From an uncultured delta proteobacterium (GTDB lineage Bacteria > Myxococcota_A > Polyangia > Polyangiales > Polyangiaceae): a stretch of 64,000 nt of DNA. Both the position numbers and the translations under genes were made by a program. Under the pieces are notes generated by a model, which was not told the DNA's origin, made no database searches, and saw only the letters and a list, made by a program, of their open reading frames with translations. Positions 52,570-62,596 of the stretch are shown here, piece after piece. Location of the stretch: assembly GCA_963716725.1 (NCBI GenBank), contig CAVQUB010000009.1, forward strand, positions 320,001 through 384,000, in the 5' to 3' direction. Positions within the stretch are counted from its first letter, which is position 1. The number at the start of each line of letters is the position of its first letter.

Positions 52570-53159
52570 TGTGCCGCGCCTCCCGCTGGGCCGCCGCCGG
52601 CGGTACCGACGATGGAGCTCGCTGCGGACCCTGCCGCGCTCATCTTCTGCACGGGGTAGTCGTGGCCCACGTCGTCGATTTCCTTGCCGCGGGCGCTGGC
52701 GACGTTTTCGACGCGACGGAGGCGGCTGAGCGCATCGACGGTCGCGTTGACGACGTTGTGCTTGTTGGTGGTGCCCAGGCACTTGGTCAGGATGTCCTGG
52801 ATGCCCGCGGACTCGACCACGGCGCGCACCGGGCCGCCGGCGATGACGCCCGTGCCCGGGGCTGCCGGTCGGAGCAGCACTCGGCCTGCGCCGAACTGAC
52901 CGATGATGTCGTGCGGGATGGTGGCGCCGACCATCGGCACCTTGAACATGCTCTTGCGAGCCTGGTCGTTGCCCTTGCGGATCGCCTCGGGCACTTCGTT
53001 GGCCTTGCCGAGACCGACGCCCACGTGGCCGGACTCGTCGCCCACCACGACGAGTGCGGAGAAGCTGAAGCGACGCCCGCCCTTCACGACCTTGGCGACG
53101 CGGTTGATGTGAATCACCCGCTCCTTCAGCTTTTCATCGTCAATGTGATCGAACGCCAT
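52566..53159 (-). CDS. rpsE: 30S ribosomal protein S5
   Basis: [33 protein letters not shown]. Confidence 0.97.
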   Translation of the reverse strand: MAFDHIDDEKLKERVIHINRVAKVVKGGRRFSFSALVVVGDESGHVGVGLGKANEVPEAIRKGNDQARKSMFKVPMVGATIPHDIIGQFGAGRVLLRPAAPGTGVIAGGPVRAVVESAGIQDILTKCLGTTNKHNVVNATVDALSRLRRVENVASARGKEIDDVGHDYPVQKMSAAGSAASSIVGTAGGGPAGGAAQ

Positions 53160-53175
53160 CTGATATCTCCGAGCT

Positions 53176-53535
53176 TCAGAACTGAAGGCCGGCCTCGCGC
53201 GCTGCATCCGCGAGAGCCTTGATCCGGCCGTGGTAGAGGTAGCCGTTGCGGTCGAACACAACCTTGGCGATCTGCTTCTCGAGGCAAATCTTGGCCAAGA
53301 GCGAGCCGACCTTCTTCGCCGCGTCGGTCTTGGTGTCTTCGCCGAGCGTGCCCTTGATGTCGCGCGAGAGCGTGGAAGCGCTCGCGAGGGTGATGCCCGA
53401 AGCATCGTCCACCACCTGGGCGTAGATGTGCTTGGCGCTGCGGAATACCGACAGGCGCGGGCGCTCGTCGGTGCCAGAAATCTTGTTGCGGATGCGAAGC
53501 TTGCGGCGTTCGCGGCCTTGTAGCGTCATTGCCAT
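53176..53535 (-). CDS. rplR: 50S ribosomal protein L18
   Basis: [37 protein letters not shown]. Confidence 0.97.
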   Translation of the reverse strand: MAMTLQGRERRKLRIRNKISGTDERPRLSVFRSAKHIYAQVVDDASGITLASASTLSRDIKGTLGEDTKTDAAKKVGSLLAKICLEKQIAKVVFDRNGYLYHGRIKALADAAREAGLQF

Positions 53536-53548
53536 CAGGTGCCTCCGG

Positions 53549-54136
53549 TCACTTCGCTTTGCCCTTGCCGGCCTTGCCCGCTTTGCGACGAATCTTCTCG
53601 TCGCGGTAGCGGACACCTTTGCCGCCGTAGGGCTCTGGCGGACGGAACGAACGAATCTTTGCCGCGAACTGCCCGAGCAGGGCTTTGTCCGGACACGCGA
53701 GCATGAGCACGGCGCCCTTGGAGTCGGCGGGGATGTTCGCGGTCATCTGCGGGGGCAGATCGATCGCGACGGGGTGGGAGAGCCCGAGGGAGAAGTGCAA
53801 GGTCTTGCCCTTCAGCTCGGTGCGGTAGCCGGTGCCGACCAAGTCGAGCGTCTGCTCGAAGCCGTCGGCCGCGCCCTTGACCATGTTGGCGATGAGCGCG
53901 CGGCCCAAGCCCTGAAGGCGAGGCGCATCGCGACCGGTTGCATCGGCCTCGACCTGGATCGAGTCGCCCTCTTTGGCGATCTTGATCTGCGGGTGAAACG
54001 ACTGACTGAGCTTGCCCTTCGGCCCCTGCACGTCGACCCTGGAGCCAGCCACGGTGACCGTGACGCCCTTGGGCACCAACACCGGCCGCTTGCCGATGCG
54101 TGACAGCTTCTTGGGTTGGACTTGTGCTTCGGCCAT
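53549..54136 (-). CDS. rplF: 50S ribosomal protein L6
   Basis: [27 protein letters not shown]. Confidence 0.97.
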   Translation of the reverse strand: MAEAQVQPKKLSRIGKRPVLVPKGVTVTVAGSRVDVQGPKGKLSQSFHPQIKIAKEGDSIQVEADATGRDAPRLQGLGRALIANMVKGAADGFEQTLDLVGTGYRTELKGKTLHFSLGLSHPVAIDLPPQMTANIPADSKGAVLMLACPDKALLGQFAAKIRSFRPPEPYGGKGVRYRDEKIRRKAGKAGKGKAK

Positions 54137-54540
54137 CACCAGACCTCACACAGGAGCTCGCCGCCGAGACGCTGGCGGCGCGCTTCCTTGTCCGTCATCA
54201 GCCCGTGGGAGGTGCTGAGAATCGAGGTTCCCAGGCCCGACAGCACGCGGGGGATGCTGTCGTGGCCCACGTACACCCGGCGACCGGGCCGCGAGACTCG
54301 GCGCAGCCCGATGAACGCGGCATCTCGCTCGCGACCATACTTGAGCACGACCGTCAGCGTCTCTTTGATGCCGCCGTCGCCCCACTTCTCGGTGCGCACG
54401 TCGGCGACGTAGCCTTCGGCCTTCAAGATTTCGGCGATCGCCGTCTTCACTTTGCTGCCCGGGATCCGCGCCACTTCGTGGCGCGATCGAGCCGCATTGC
54501 GGATACGGGTCAGCAGATCGCCAATCGGATCGGTCATCAT
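54136..54540 (-). CDS. rpsH: 30S ribosomal protein S8
   Basis: MTDPIGDLLTRIRNA, SRPGRRVY, GGELLCEVW. Confidence 0.97.
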   Translation of the reverse strand: MMTDPIGDLLTRIRNAARSRHEVARIPGSKVKTAIAEILKAEGYVADVRTEKWGDGGIKETLTVVLKYGRERDAAFIGLRRVSRPGRRVYVGHDSIPRVLSGLGTSILSTSHGLMTDKEARRQRLGGELLCEVW

Positions 54541-54544
54541 GGCT

Positions 54545-54730
54545 TCACCAGCTCGCCTTCGTGACGCCGGGCAGCTCTCCGCGCAGCGCCAGTTGGCGCA
54601 TGCAGAGGCGGCACAGGTTGAAATCGCGGTAAACCGCCCGCGCGCGGCCACACACCTTGCAGCGGTGAACGACGCGAGTCGAGAACTTCGCCGGGCGATT
54701 CGCTTTCGCCCACTGAGATGCACGAGCCAT
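54545..54730 (-). CDS. rpsN: 30S ribosomal protein S14, zinc-binding (type Z)
   Basis: RCKVCGR...LCRLCMR...LPGVTKASW. Confidence 0.97.
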   Translation of the reverse strand: MARASQWAKANRPAKFSTRVVHRCKVCGRARAVYRDFNLCRLCMRQLALRGELPGVTKASW

Positions 54731-54737
54731 GGTCTGG

Positions 54738-55298
54738 TCAGCTCCTGAACGGCATGCCGAGTTGGCCGAGGAGCTCTTTGGCTTCCTCGTTGGACTCTGC
54801 GGAAGTGACGATGGTGATGTTCATCCCTTTGACCTTGTCGACTTTGTCGAAGTCGATCTCGGGGAAGACGATTTGTTCTTTGAGGCCCAGCGTGTAGTTG
54901 CCGGATCCGTCGAAGGCACGAGGGCTCGTGCCACGAAAGTCGCGCACCCGGGGGAGGCTCAGGGTGAGCAGTCGATCCAGGAACTCCCACATGCGCTCTT
55001 TGCGTAGGGTGACCATCACGCCGATGGGCAAGCCCGCGCGCAGCTTGAAGTTCGCGATCGCCTTCTTGGATCGAGTCACCACCGGCTTTTGGCCGGTGAT
55101 GGCGGTCATCTCGGTCACGGCCGAATCGATGATCTTCGGATTCGCCACGGCGTCGCCGAGGCCCATGTTGATGACGATCTTCTGGATCCGTGGCACCTGA
55201 TTCGGGTTCTTGTAGGAGAACCGCTTCATCAGCGCGGGGACCGCGGACTCTTTGTACTTCTCGCGCATGCGAGGCTTGGGAACGGCTGTTTCGGTCAT
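54738..55298 (-). CDS. rplE: 50S ribosomal protein L5
   Basis: [23 protein letters not shown]. Confidence 0.97.
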   Translation of the reverse strand: MTETAVPKPRMREKYKESAVPALMKRFSYKNPNQVPRIQKIVINMGLGDAVANPKIIDSAVTEMTAITGQKPVVTRSKKAIANFKLRAGLPIGVMVTLRKERMWEFLDRLLTLSLPRVRDFRGTSPRAFDGSGNYTLGLKEQIVFPEIDFDKVDKVKGMNITIVTSAESNEEAKELLGQLGMPFRS

Positions 55299-55302
55299 GG
55301 CT

Positions 55303-55620
55303 TCATTCCTGCGGAGTGGGCAGGGCGGCGCCGCTCTTGGCGATGCGCGCTTTCTTGCCGTCTTCTTCCTTGCAACGAACGCGCGTCGGCTTGTCCGTCT
55401 CGGGGTCGATGGGCATGACCTTGCTGATGGCGATGGGGGCCTCGACTTCGAGGATGCCGCCGGCGCTCATCTGGGTGGCGCGAACGTGTCGCTTCACCTG
55501 ATTGATGCCCTCGACGACGACCCGGTTCTTGTCCGTCAAGATCCGCATCACCTTGCCACGCTTGCCCTTGTCGTCACCGCTGATCACGGCGACCACGTCA
55601 CCAAGCTTGATGCGTTTCAT
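55303..55620 (-). CDS. rplX: 50S ribosomal protein L24
   Basis: [19 protein letters not shown] motif, VEGIN. Confidence 0.96.
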   Translation of the reverse strand: MKRIKLGDVVAVISGDDKGKRGKVMRILTDKNRVVVEGINQVKRHVRATQMSAGGILEVEAPIAISKVMPIDPETDKPTRVRCKEEDGKKARIAKSGAALPTPQE

Positions 55621-55988
55621 CAGATCACCTCCGGCGCGAGCGAGATGATCTTCATGAAGTGCTTGCCGCGGAGCTCGCGGGCGACAGGCCCAAAGATACG
55701 GGTGCCGACCGGCTCTTGCTGCGCGTTGATCAAGACCGCGCTGTTGTCGTCGAACTTGATGTAGGAGCCATCTTGGCGCCGGTACTCGCGCTTGGTGCGC
55801 ACCACGACCGCGCGAGCCGTGTCGCCCTTCTTCACCTTGGAGCCCGGCAAGGCCTCCTTGATGGCGACCACGATGACGTCTCCGAGCGCCGCATAACGCC
55901 GGCGGGACCCACCCAGCACCTTGATGCACTGGACGAGCTTCGCGCCGGAGTTGTCCGCGACGTCGAGGAAGGACTGCATCTGGATCAT
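55620..55988 (-). CDS. rplN: 50S ribosomal protein L14
   Basis: [36 protein letters not shown]. Confidence 0.97.
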   Translation of the reverse strand: MIQMQSFLDVADNSGAKLVQCIKVLGGSRRRYAALGDVIVVAIKEALPGSKVKKGDTARAVVVRTKREYRRQDGSYIKFDDNSAVLINAQQEPVGTRIFGPVARELRGKHFMKIISLAPEVI

Positions 55989-56285
55989 GTGACCGATTCC
56001 TTGACGGCGAGCTCGGCCGCCGGCCGGTTGACCAGGCGCACGACCTTCCAACGCTTGTCGCGAGAGAGCGCGCGGTGCTCGATGATCTCGACCCGATCGC
56101 CGGTCTTGTAGAAGTTCTTCTCGTCGTGCGCCTTGTACTTGGAGCGCACGCGGACGTACTTCTTGTACATCGCGTCCATCTTGTGGCGAACCACGTCGAC
56201 GACGACGGTCTTGTCCATCTTGTCGCTGGAGACGCGGCCGATCAGGCGGCGACGTCGGTTCAGGGGCTTGGCTTCCGTGCGTCAT
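55985..56285 (-). CDS. rpsQ: 30S ribosomal protein S17 (indel near 5' end)
   Basis: [23 protein letters not shown]. Confidence 0.95.
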
Positions 56286-56287
56286 GA

Positions 56288-56488
56288 TCAGTTCCCCTTG
56301 GGGCTCTGGCGCACGTGCAGGATCTGCTCGATGCGTGCGATGTCCTTCCGCGTCTTGCGGATGACGCTCGTGTCGTCGAGCTGGTTCACGTAGTTCTTCA
56401 TTCGGCTCGAGAAGAGGTCCTTGCGGAGCTGGTTCTTCAGCTCGGTCAGATCCTCGGTCGTGCGCTCCGAGAGCTCTTTGGCCTTCAT
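56288..56488 (-). CDS. rpmC: 50S ribosomal protein L29
   Basis: MKAKEL...[15 protein letters not shown]. Confidence 0.93.
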   Translation of the reverse strand: MKAKELSERTTEDLTELKNQLRKDLFSSRMKNYVNQLDDTSVIRKTRKDIARIEQILHVRQSPKGN

Positions 56489-56905
56489 CACAGGTCTCCT
56501 CGCACCAGGAACGCGCGTGTCGATGGGCAGCTTGGAGGACGCCAGCGCGAATGCCTCGCGCGCTTCCTTCTCCGTAACGCCCGCGATCTCGAAGAGCACC
56601 CGGCCCGGCTTCACCACCGCGACCCAGCCTTCGACGGCGCCCTTGCCGCTGCCCATGCGGACTTCGAGGGGCTTCTTGGTGATGGGCTTGTCGGGAAAGA
56701 TCCGGATCCAGAGCTTGCCGGCGCGCTTGACGTGGCGCTGGATCGCCATGCGCGCGGCCTCGATCTGGCGGCCGGTGATCCAGGCCGTGGTCCATGGCCT
56801 GCAGCGCGAAGTCGCCGAAGGACACGTCACTGCCGCGTCCAGGCGACGCCGCGGTTGCGGCCCTTCTGCTGCTTGCGGAACTTGGTTCGTTTCGGTTGAC
56901 AGCAT
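56488..56905 (-). CDS. rplP: 50S ribosomal protein L16 (indels)
   Basis: [31 protein letters not shown]. Confidence 0.95.
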
Positions 56906-56913
56906 GATCGCCA

Positions 56914-57605
56914 TCACTCCGGGATCCGGCGGGCCTTGCGCTGCAAGACCTCACCCTTGAAGATCCAGACCTTGACGCCGATGATGCCGTAGGTGGTGCG
57001 CGCCTCGGCCAGGCCGAAGTCGACGTCGGCGCGCAGGGTGTGCAGCGGCACGCGTCCCTCGCGGTAGGTCTCGACGCGACCCATCTCGCGCCGCCGAGGC
57101 GACCCGCGCAGCGGATGCGCACGCCCTTGGCGCCGAACTTCATGGCGGTGGCAGCGCCTTCTTCATGGCGCGGCGGAAGGCGATGCGGCGCTCGAGCTGC
57201 GTCGCGACGTTCTCGGCGACGAGCTGCGCGTTGGTCTCGGCCTTGCGCACCTCTTGGACGTCGATGAAGACCTCGTTCTCGGTGAACGACTGGACGCCCG
57301 GGAACTTGGTCTCACCCTTGACGGCGGAGTCCAGGTTGCCGCTCTTCAGGATCTCGATGCCCTTGCCGCCCTTGCCGATGACCATGCCGGGCCGCGCGGT
57401 GTAGACGATGACCTTGGCCTTGTTCGCGGCGCGCTCGATCTCGACGCTCGCGACGTTGGCGTTGTAGAGGTAGTCCTTCACGGCGCGCTTGATGCGCATG
57501 TCTTCGTGCAGCCACTTCTGGTACTGGCCTGTCCTCGTACCACTTGCTCGTCCACGTCTTGATGACGCCGAGCCGGAAGCCGTACGGATGAGTCTTTTGT
57601 CCCAT
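56914..57605 (-). CDS. rpsC: 30S ribosomal protein S3 (indels)
   Basis: [43 protein letters not shown]. Confidence 0.95.
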
Positions 57606-57641
57606 CTTCGTCTTGTCTCCGCGATCTAAAGAGAGCCTGGT

Positions 57642-57984
57642 TCAGCGTGCGTCGAGCTCGATGCGGATGTGGCTGACGCCTTTTTCGATGCGCGTCGCGC
57701 GACCCATGGCGCGCGGGCGCCAGCGGCGCATGTGCTCGGTCGGGCGCCTTGTCGGCGCTGGCGTGGCTCACGTAGAGCGAGTCCACGTCGACGTCGGGCC
57801 GCTTGACCTTGGCGTTGGCGATGGCGCTCGCGAGCAGCTTCTTGACGACGGGGGACGCGGCCTTCGGCACGAAGTCGAGGAGCTGGAGCGCTTCCGCGGC
57901 ATCGCGGCCGCGCACCAGGTTGATGATCACGCGCGCCTTGCGCACGCTGATTCGCTGGTAGTTGGCATTGGCTCGGCTGATCAT
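57642..57984 (-). CDS. rplV: 50S ribosomal protein L22 (indel)
   Basis: RISVRKARVIINLVRG, KLLASAIANA; CAGGAG SD. Confidence 0.95.
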
Positions 57985-58233
57985 CGACTCGACTCCTGAC
58001 GGCCCCGCGTTGGGGGCAGCTCACGAGACCCCGCCCGTCGGCGGGGGGAGCTTCTCCTGTCGCACCGCAGAGTGCTGGGGAGAAGCGAGCTAGACTTCCG
58101 GGAGCGCCTTGAGCGCCCCCCGTTCGGGGCCTTCGCGTGGGCTTTGGGTGACCCACATTGCGTTCGGTGTTGTTTGCCGAGCGCTTTAAAGGACGAACGT
58201 CGAACCCCAGGGGGCCCGAAAAAGGGGACGCGC

Positions 58234-58262
58234 TAAGTAGCAGAGCCGCTCAGCCCATGCAA
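58234..58262 (-). promoter_or_regulatory. Putative sigma70 promoter for the rplV-rplQ segment
   Basis: Minus strand TTGCAT, 17 nt ending TGC, TACTTA, then GC-rich discriminator GCGCGTCCC. Confidence 0.55.
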
Positions 58263-58422
58263 GCGCCGTGATATCCAGGGGATACTGAATGAAAGCGCAG
58301 GCTTTTGCTTATTTCAGGGAGGCCGGTGTAGCTCCGGCCGTATAGTTCCGTCAAACGGTCACTATGCGTTCCCGCCCGCCATCGGTCGGGACCATCACCC
58401 ACTAGTATTGGAGGCTTGAGTA

Positions 58423-59160
58423 ATGCGGATCCAGGTCGAGAAATTCCTGGCCTTGACGGCCGTGCTTGCAGGCGGTGCGCTCTTTGGCTCCGGCTGCGTC
58501 ACTGAAGACACCAAGACCGACACCGACGCCGGCGTCTCTGGCGGCGGAGGCACAGGCGGCTCGACCGGCGGAGCCGCGGGCAGCGGCGGCGTCGCTGGCG
58601 GCGGAGGAACTGCGGGCGGCGGAGGAACCGCGGGCGCCGGAGGAAGCGCGGGCAGCGACGGCGGGGCATGCCTCGGCGACACCGGCTCGGAGGCGGACTG
58701 CAGCACGCTGCCCTACGCCAACACCACCTGCGGGGATGCCGGGGCCGAGGGCGCCGGGATCAACACCTTGGGCTACGACCTCTGCGTGTACACCGCGGGC
58801 TACGGCCGGCTCGGGATCCAAGCACCGATGCTCGATTGCCTCAAGGCGATCCCCGGTGACGCCTGCTCCGGAGCGCACGACACCGCGGTTCAGGGTTGCC
58901 TCAACTCCGTCTTCCCGCAGGCATGCCAACATCCTCCGCTGGATGACGGCGACGGCGGCACCTACGACCCGTGCAAGGACGTCGCGGACACCTGCAAGCC
59001 CGTCAGCGGTGGCACTGCAGGTATCACCGAGGCCCAGTGCAACGCCGCGCTCAACCCGCTCAGCAAGAGCGCTGCGCTCGCGACCCTCAATTGCTACCAC
59101 ACCCCGGCCACCGCCGACTGCGCCGTCGACTTCGAGGACTGCGTCGGGCTCCCCCAGTAA
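58423..59160 (+). CDS. Cys-rich lipoprotein with Gly-rich linker
   Basis: GGAGG SD; lipobox GSGC; many Cys; followed by a terminator. Confidence 0.8.
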   Translation: MRIQVEKFLALTAVLAGGALFGSGCVTEDTKTDTDAGVSGGGGTGGSTGGAAGSGGVAGGGGTAGGGGTAGAGGSAGSDGGACLGDTGSEADCSTLPYANTTCGDAGAEGAGINTLGYDLCVYTAGYGRLGIQAPMLDCLKAIPGDACSGAHDTAVQGCLNSVFPQACQHPPLDDGDGGTYDPCKDVADTCKPVSGGTAGITEAQCNAALNPLSKSAALATLNCYHTPATADCAVDFEDCVGLPQ

Positions 59161-59185
59161 CCGCGCGACCTCGCGCACACACAAC

Positions 59186-59218
59186 AAGCGGGCCTCCCAA
59201 CGGGGGCCCGTTTCTTTT
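59186..59218 (+). terminator. Intrinsic terminator
   Basis: AAGCGGGCCTCC-CAAC-GGGGGCCCGTTT then CTTTT. Confidence 0.75.
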
Positions 59219-59243
59219 GGGGGTGGTACCGTCCCGAAGCGCC

Positions 59244-60476
59244 ATGACCGAGCTGGCTCGTCCCACCCCGGCACCCTTTGGGTGGGCTGAGCCTTTTTTC
59301 ACGCTTGGCGTGACGGGCACCAACGGCAAGACGTCCACGACGCTGCTGCTGGGCGCAGCGCTGCGGGCCACGGGTCGCGCGGTGTTGGTCGAGACCACCC
59401 TCGGGTACACGCTCGACGAACGCGCGCTCGACGTGCCGCGCACCCTCGAGGGCTACTTCAGCGCCTTCGAGCAGGCGGCGGGCGCGGGCTGTCGGGACGC
59501 CGTGGTCGAAGTCACCAGCCAGGCACTCGCTCAGGGTTACGCCAAGCGCTGGCGCTTCGATCTCGGGATCTTCACCAACCTGTCGCGCGATCACCTCTCC
59601 CAGCACGGGTCCTGGGAGCACTACCTGGCGAGCAAGGCGCAGCTCTTCGTGCACCTGGGCCCGGGTCAGAGCGCGGTGCTCAACGCCGCAGACGAGAGCG
59701 CGCTGCTGATCGACCGCGTCACCCCCGACGACGTGAAGCGCGTGTGGTACCGCGTGCCGTCGCGGGGCCCGGCGCTGCACCACGCCGATCTCGCTGCAAA
59801 CGCCGTCAGCCTCTCGGCAGACGGAACGCTCGTCACGCTCGAACCCTCCGCGCTCGCCGAGGCGCTGGGTGGTTCGCTGCGAACGCGAATGATTGGCGAG
59901 GTATTCGCGGAGAACGCTTTGGCCGCGGCCGCCGGCGCCATCGCGGCCGGCGTGGATGCTGCGGTGGTGGCCCGCGGGATCGCAAGCTGTCCGGTCGTAC
60001 CTGGCCGTTTCGAGGTGGTGACTCGCGAGCCTGCCCTCGTCGCCGTGGACTACGCCCACACCCCGGATGCGCTCGCGCGCACCTGTGACGCGGCGCGGGC
60101 ACTCGCGGGTCAGAAGCGCGTGATCGTGGTTTTCGGCGCCGGCGGCGGGGCCGATCCCGAGAAACGCGAACCCATGGGCCGCGCCGTGGGCCAGCGTGCC
60201 GACGTCGCCATCGTGACCAACGACAACCCGCGCCGCGAGGATCCCAAGTTTATCGCCAAGGCGGTGGCGCGCGGGGCCGAGCGCGGAGGACGAGCTTACG
60301 TGCTCACGGAGCTCGATCGCCGGGCGGCGATCCGCCAAGCGCTCGAGCGTTCGAAACCCGGTGACGTCGTGGTCGTCGCCGGCAAGGGCCACGAACGCGG
60401 CCAGACCTTGGGGGACGAGACGCTGCCCTTCTCGGATGTCGAAGAGCTCGCAGCGCTCCTCGGAGGGTCGACATGA
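59244..60476 (+). CDS. MurE-like amino acid ligase lacking the N-terminal domain (410 aa)
   Basis: GVTGTNGKTS begins about 20 aa from the start; EVTSQAL, FTNLSRDHL, YLASKAQLF, PGRFE, VDYAHTPDAL, NDNPR, AGKGHE. Confidence 0.88.
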   Translation: MTELARPTPAPFGWAEPFFTLGVTGTNGKTSTTLLLGAALRATGRAVLVETTLGYTLDERALDVPRTLEGYFSAFEQAAGAGCRDAVVEVTSQALAQGYAKRWRFDLGIFTNLSRDHLSQHGSWEHYLASKAQLFVHLGPGQSAVLNAADESALLIDRVTPDDVKRVWYRVPSRGPALHHADLAANAVSLSADGTLVTLEPSALAEALGGSLRTRMIGEVFAENALAAAAGAIAAGVDAAVVARGIASCPVVPGRFEVVTREPALVAVDYAHTPDALARTCDAARALAGQKRVIVVFGAGGGADPEKREPMGRAVGQRADVAIVTNDNPRREDPKFIAKAVARGAERGGRAYVLTELDRRAAIRQALERSKPGDVVVVAGKGHERGQTLGDETLPFSDVEELAALLGGST

Positions 60477-61405
60477 GCAGCCATATGCCGGAAAAGGCGC
60501 TGTCCGCAGCCGAGCGCGCGGTCTCGGAGCTGCGCACTGATCTCGAGCGCGCCTACGGCTGGACTCACCTCGACGTCGCACTCAGCCTGGGCCCGCAGGA
60601 CTTCGGCCTGATCGCCCGCGGCAAGGTCTTGGTCCCCCGCGCCGCGCGCCGCCTCCGCGCCGCCCTCGTCGACGCGGTGCCCGAGGCATGGCCCGTGGAC
60701 ACCAGCGGCGTCACGCTCCTGACCAGCGGCGCCTGGCACGCGCTGGGTGCGTCGATCACTCAGCTCTGGCAGACCCACCCGGCACGCGGCAAGACCCTCG
60801 CGACGGAGTCCTTGCCAGAAGACGGGCCCGTCGAGCTGCTCACCCGATACGCCGGGGCGAGCCTGGTGCGTGGTGTCGACGCCACCGTCGGTTGGGTCGA
60901 TCGCGACGTCGACGCCTCGGTGCCGGCTCCGGTCATCGAGCCCACCCGGGGCACCGGAGACGGTGTCGCCGCCGCAGCGCGGGCGTTTCTGGGCACCCCC
61001 TACCGACTCGGTGGCGGAACGGACGCGGGCATCGACTGCTCGGCGTTGGTGCAGCGCGCGTTCCTGCGCGGCCTGTCGCTGCGGCTGCCCCGCCACTCGA
61101 CCGACCAACTCGCGGCCACCACGGTCGAGGGCCACGTGCCCGAGCAGACCGGCGACCTGGTCTTTGCGTGGACCGAGCGCGAGGGCCCCTGCCACGTCGG
61201 GATCGCCATCGAAGGCGAGCCCATGACTGTGCTGCACGCCTCGCTGAGTCGGAAGTGCGTGGTGGAGGATCCCATCGAGCGCTTCCTGGAGGGCGCGGAG
61301 CGTACCGAGACCTCCCCGCTGATCAGGGTCATGCGCTTCCACTCGCGCAACGTGGGCAAGCCCACCCTCACACTGCGGGCGGTGGACTCGGAGATCGATG
61401 GTTGA
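60473..61405 (+). CDS. NlpC/P60 (C40) peptidase with SH3b-like segment, no signal peptide
   Basis: FLGTPYRLGG, GIDCSALV, GDLVF, HVGI, LHAS; ATGA overlap with the ligase. Confidence 0.88.
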   Translation: MSSHMPEKALSAAERAVSELRTDLERAYGWTHLDVALSLGPQDFGLIARGKVLVPRAARRLRAALVDAVPEAWPVDTSGVTLLTSGAWHALGASITQLWQTHPARGKTLATESLPEDGPVELLTRYAGASLVRGVDATVGWVDRDVDASVPAPVIEPTRGTGDGVAAAARAFLGTPYRLGGGTDAGIDCSALVQRAFLRGLSLRLPRHSTDQLAATTVEGHVPEQTGDLVFAWTEREGPCHVGIAIEGEPMTVLHASLSRKCVVEDPIERFLEGAERTETSPLIRVMRFHSRNVGKPTLTLRAVDSEIDG

Positions 61406-62219
61406 CGACGAAGTGATGGCGCTCACGCGGGGCTTCGGGGGCAGGGTCGGCATCGCCGCCGAGAACCTCGCCACCGGCGACCGCATCTCGCTGCATGCCG
61501 ACGAGGTCTTCCCGACGGCGAGCGCGATCAAGATCTTCGTGCTGGGCGCGCTGCTCGAAGGGGCCGCGGCAGGCAAAGTCGACCTCGCCGAACGCTGCGC
61601 GCTCTCTCACGAAGCACGCACCCTCGGCTCCGGCGTGCTCGTGCATTTGAGCCCGGGCCTCGAGCCCACCTGGTCCGATCTCGCCACGCTGATGATGATG
61701 GTCTCGGACAACCTGGCGACCAACCTGCTCGTCGACCGGATCGGGATAGGCGCCATCAACTCCCACATCCGGAGCGCGGGGCTCGAGCAGAGCGCACTGA
61801 AGGGCCGGGTCGACTTCTCGCGTCTCGCCGTCGACAAGACCGCGTTGGGCGTCTCCACTCCGGCCGAGTTCGTGCGCTACTTCGTGGGGCTGCGCCGCGC
61901 CCAAGTGCTCGACGCAACCTGCTCCGAGCGCATGTTCGACCTGATGCGCGTTCAGAAGTACATCGAACCGTTGCGACGAAACCTGCCGGCCGATCCCTAC
62001 GCGCGCGAGTTTGGCGATCCGGAGCCGGTCTGGGTCGCGAGCAAGACCGGCAGCCTCTCGGGTGTGCGCTGTGAGGCCGGACTCGTGCACACGCCCCGGG
62101 CCGAGTGGGCCATCGCGGTCATGACCCGCGACGTCGCCGACACGCGCGTGACGAGCGACAACGACGCGGTGCGGCTGATCGCCGACCTGAGCCGCGCGGT
62201 GTACGACGCTTGGGGGTGA
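61398..62219 (+). CDS. Class A beta-lactamase-fold serine hydrolase, no signal peptide
   Basis: FPTASAIK (SxxK), SDNLATN, KTG; 8-nt overlap with the NlpC/P60 gene. Confidence 0.88.
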   Translation: MVDDEVMALTRGFGGRVGIAAENLATGDRISLHADEVFPTASAIKIFVLGALLEGAAAGKVDLAERCALSHEARTLGSGVLVHLSPGLEPTWSDLATLMMMVSDNLATNLLVDRIGIGAINSHIRSAGLEQSALKGRVDFSRLAVDKTALGVSTPAEFVRYFVGLRRAQVLDATCSERMFDLMRVQKYIEPLRRNLPADPYAREFGDPEPVWVASKTGSLSGVRCEAGLVHTPRAEWAIAVMTRDVADTRVTSDNDAVRLIADLSRAVYDAWG

Positions 62220-62257
62220 CCGGGCGCAGCGCCCGGTTCGAGCCGCCGCCGGCACCT

Positions 62258-62368
62258 CTTCACAGCCTCGAGCGCTTCCGCGCCATCGCCACGCGCTTCG
62301 AAAAAACGGCGCGAAACTTCCTCGCACTCACCCAACTCGCTTGTGCGTGGCTTTCGCTCGCTAACTAG
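62258..62368 (+). mobile_element. Remnant of an IS5-family transposase 3' end
   Basis: LERFRAIATRFEKTARNFLALTQLACAWL matches the C-terminal FRRIATRYEK-type signature. Confidence 0.7.
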
Positions 62369-62596
62369 GAAGCGAGCACGCGGGCAGCGCGCCCGCGAAA
62401 CCGCTTGCCTGGCACGCGCCGCTCGGCCGGAGGCCGAGCCCTGGGATCACGTGACCAGTCTTGCCATGATCAGATCGCGATCCGCCACTGAGGCCGGAGC
62501 GCGAGAACCGGCCGGGACCGGCGGCGGCTGTTCCGACAGTGTGGAAGGGTCGCGTGGCGTCGCTGTCGTCCACGGAGTGAGAATTAGGGACACCCT

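Noticed and set aside
61398..62219. Bona fide beta-lactam resistance gene
   Set aside because: No signal peptide and no evident Glu166-type motif; the fold alone does not establish activity
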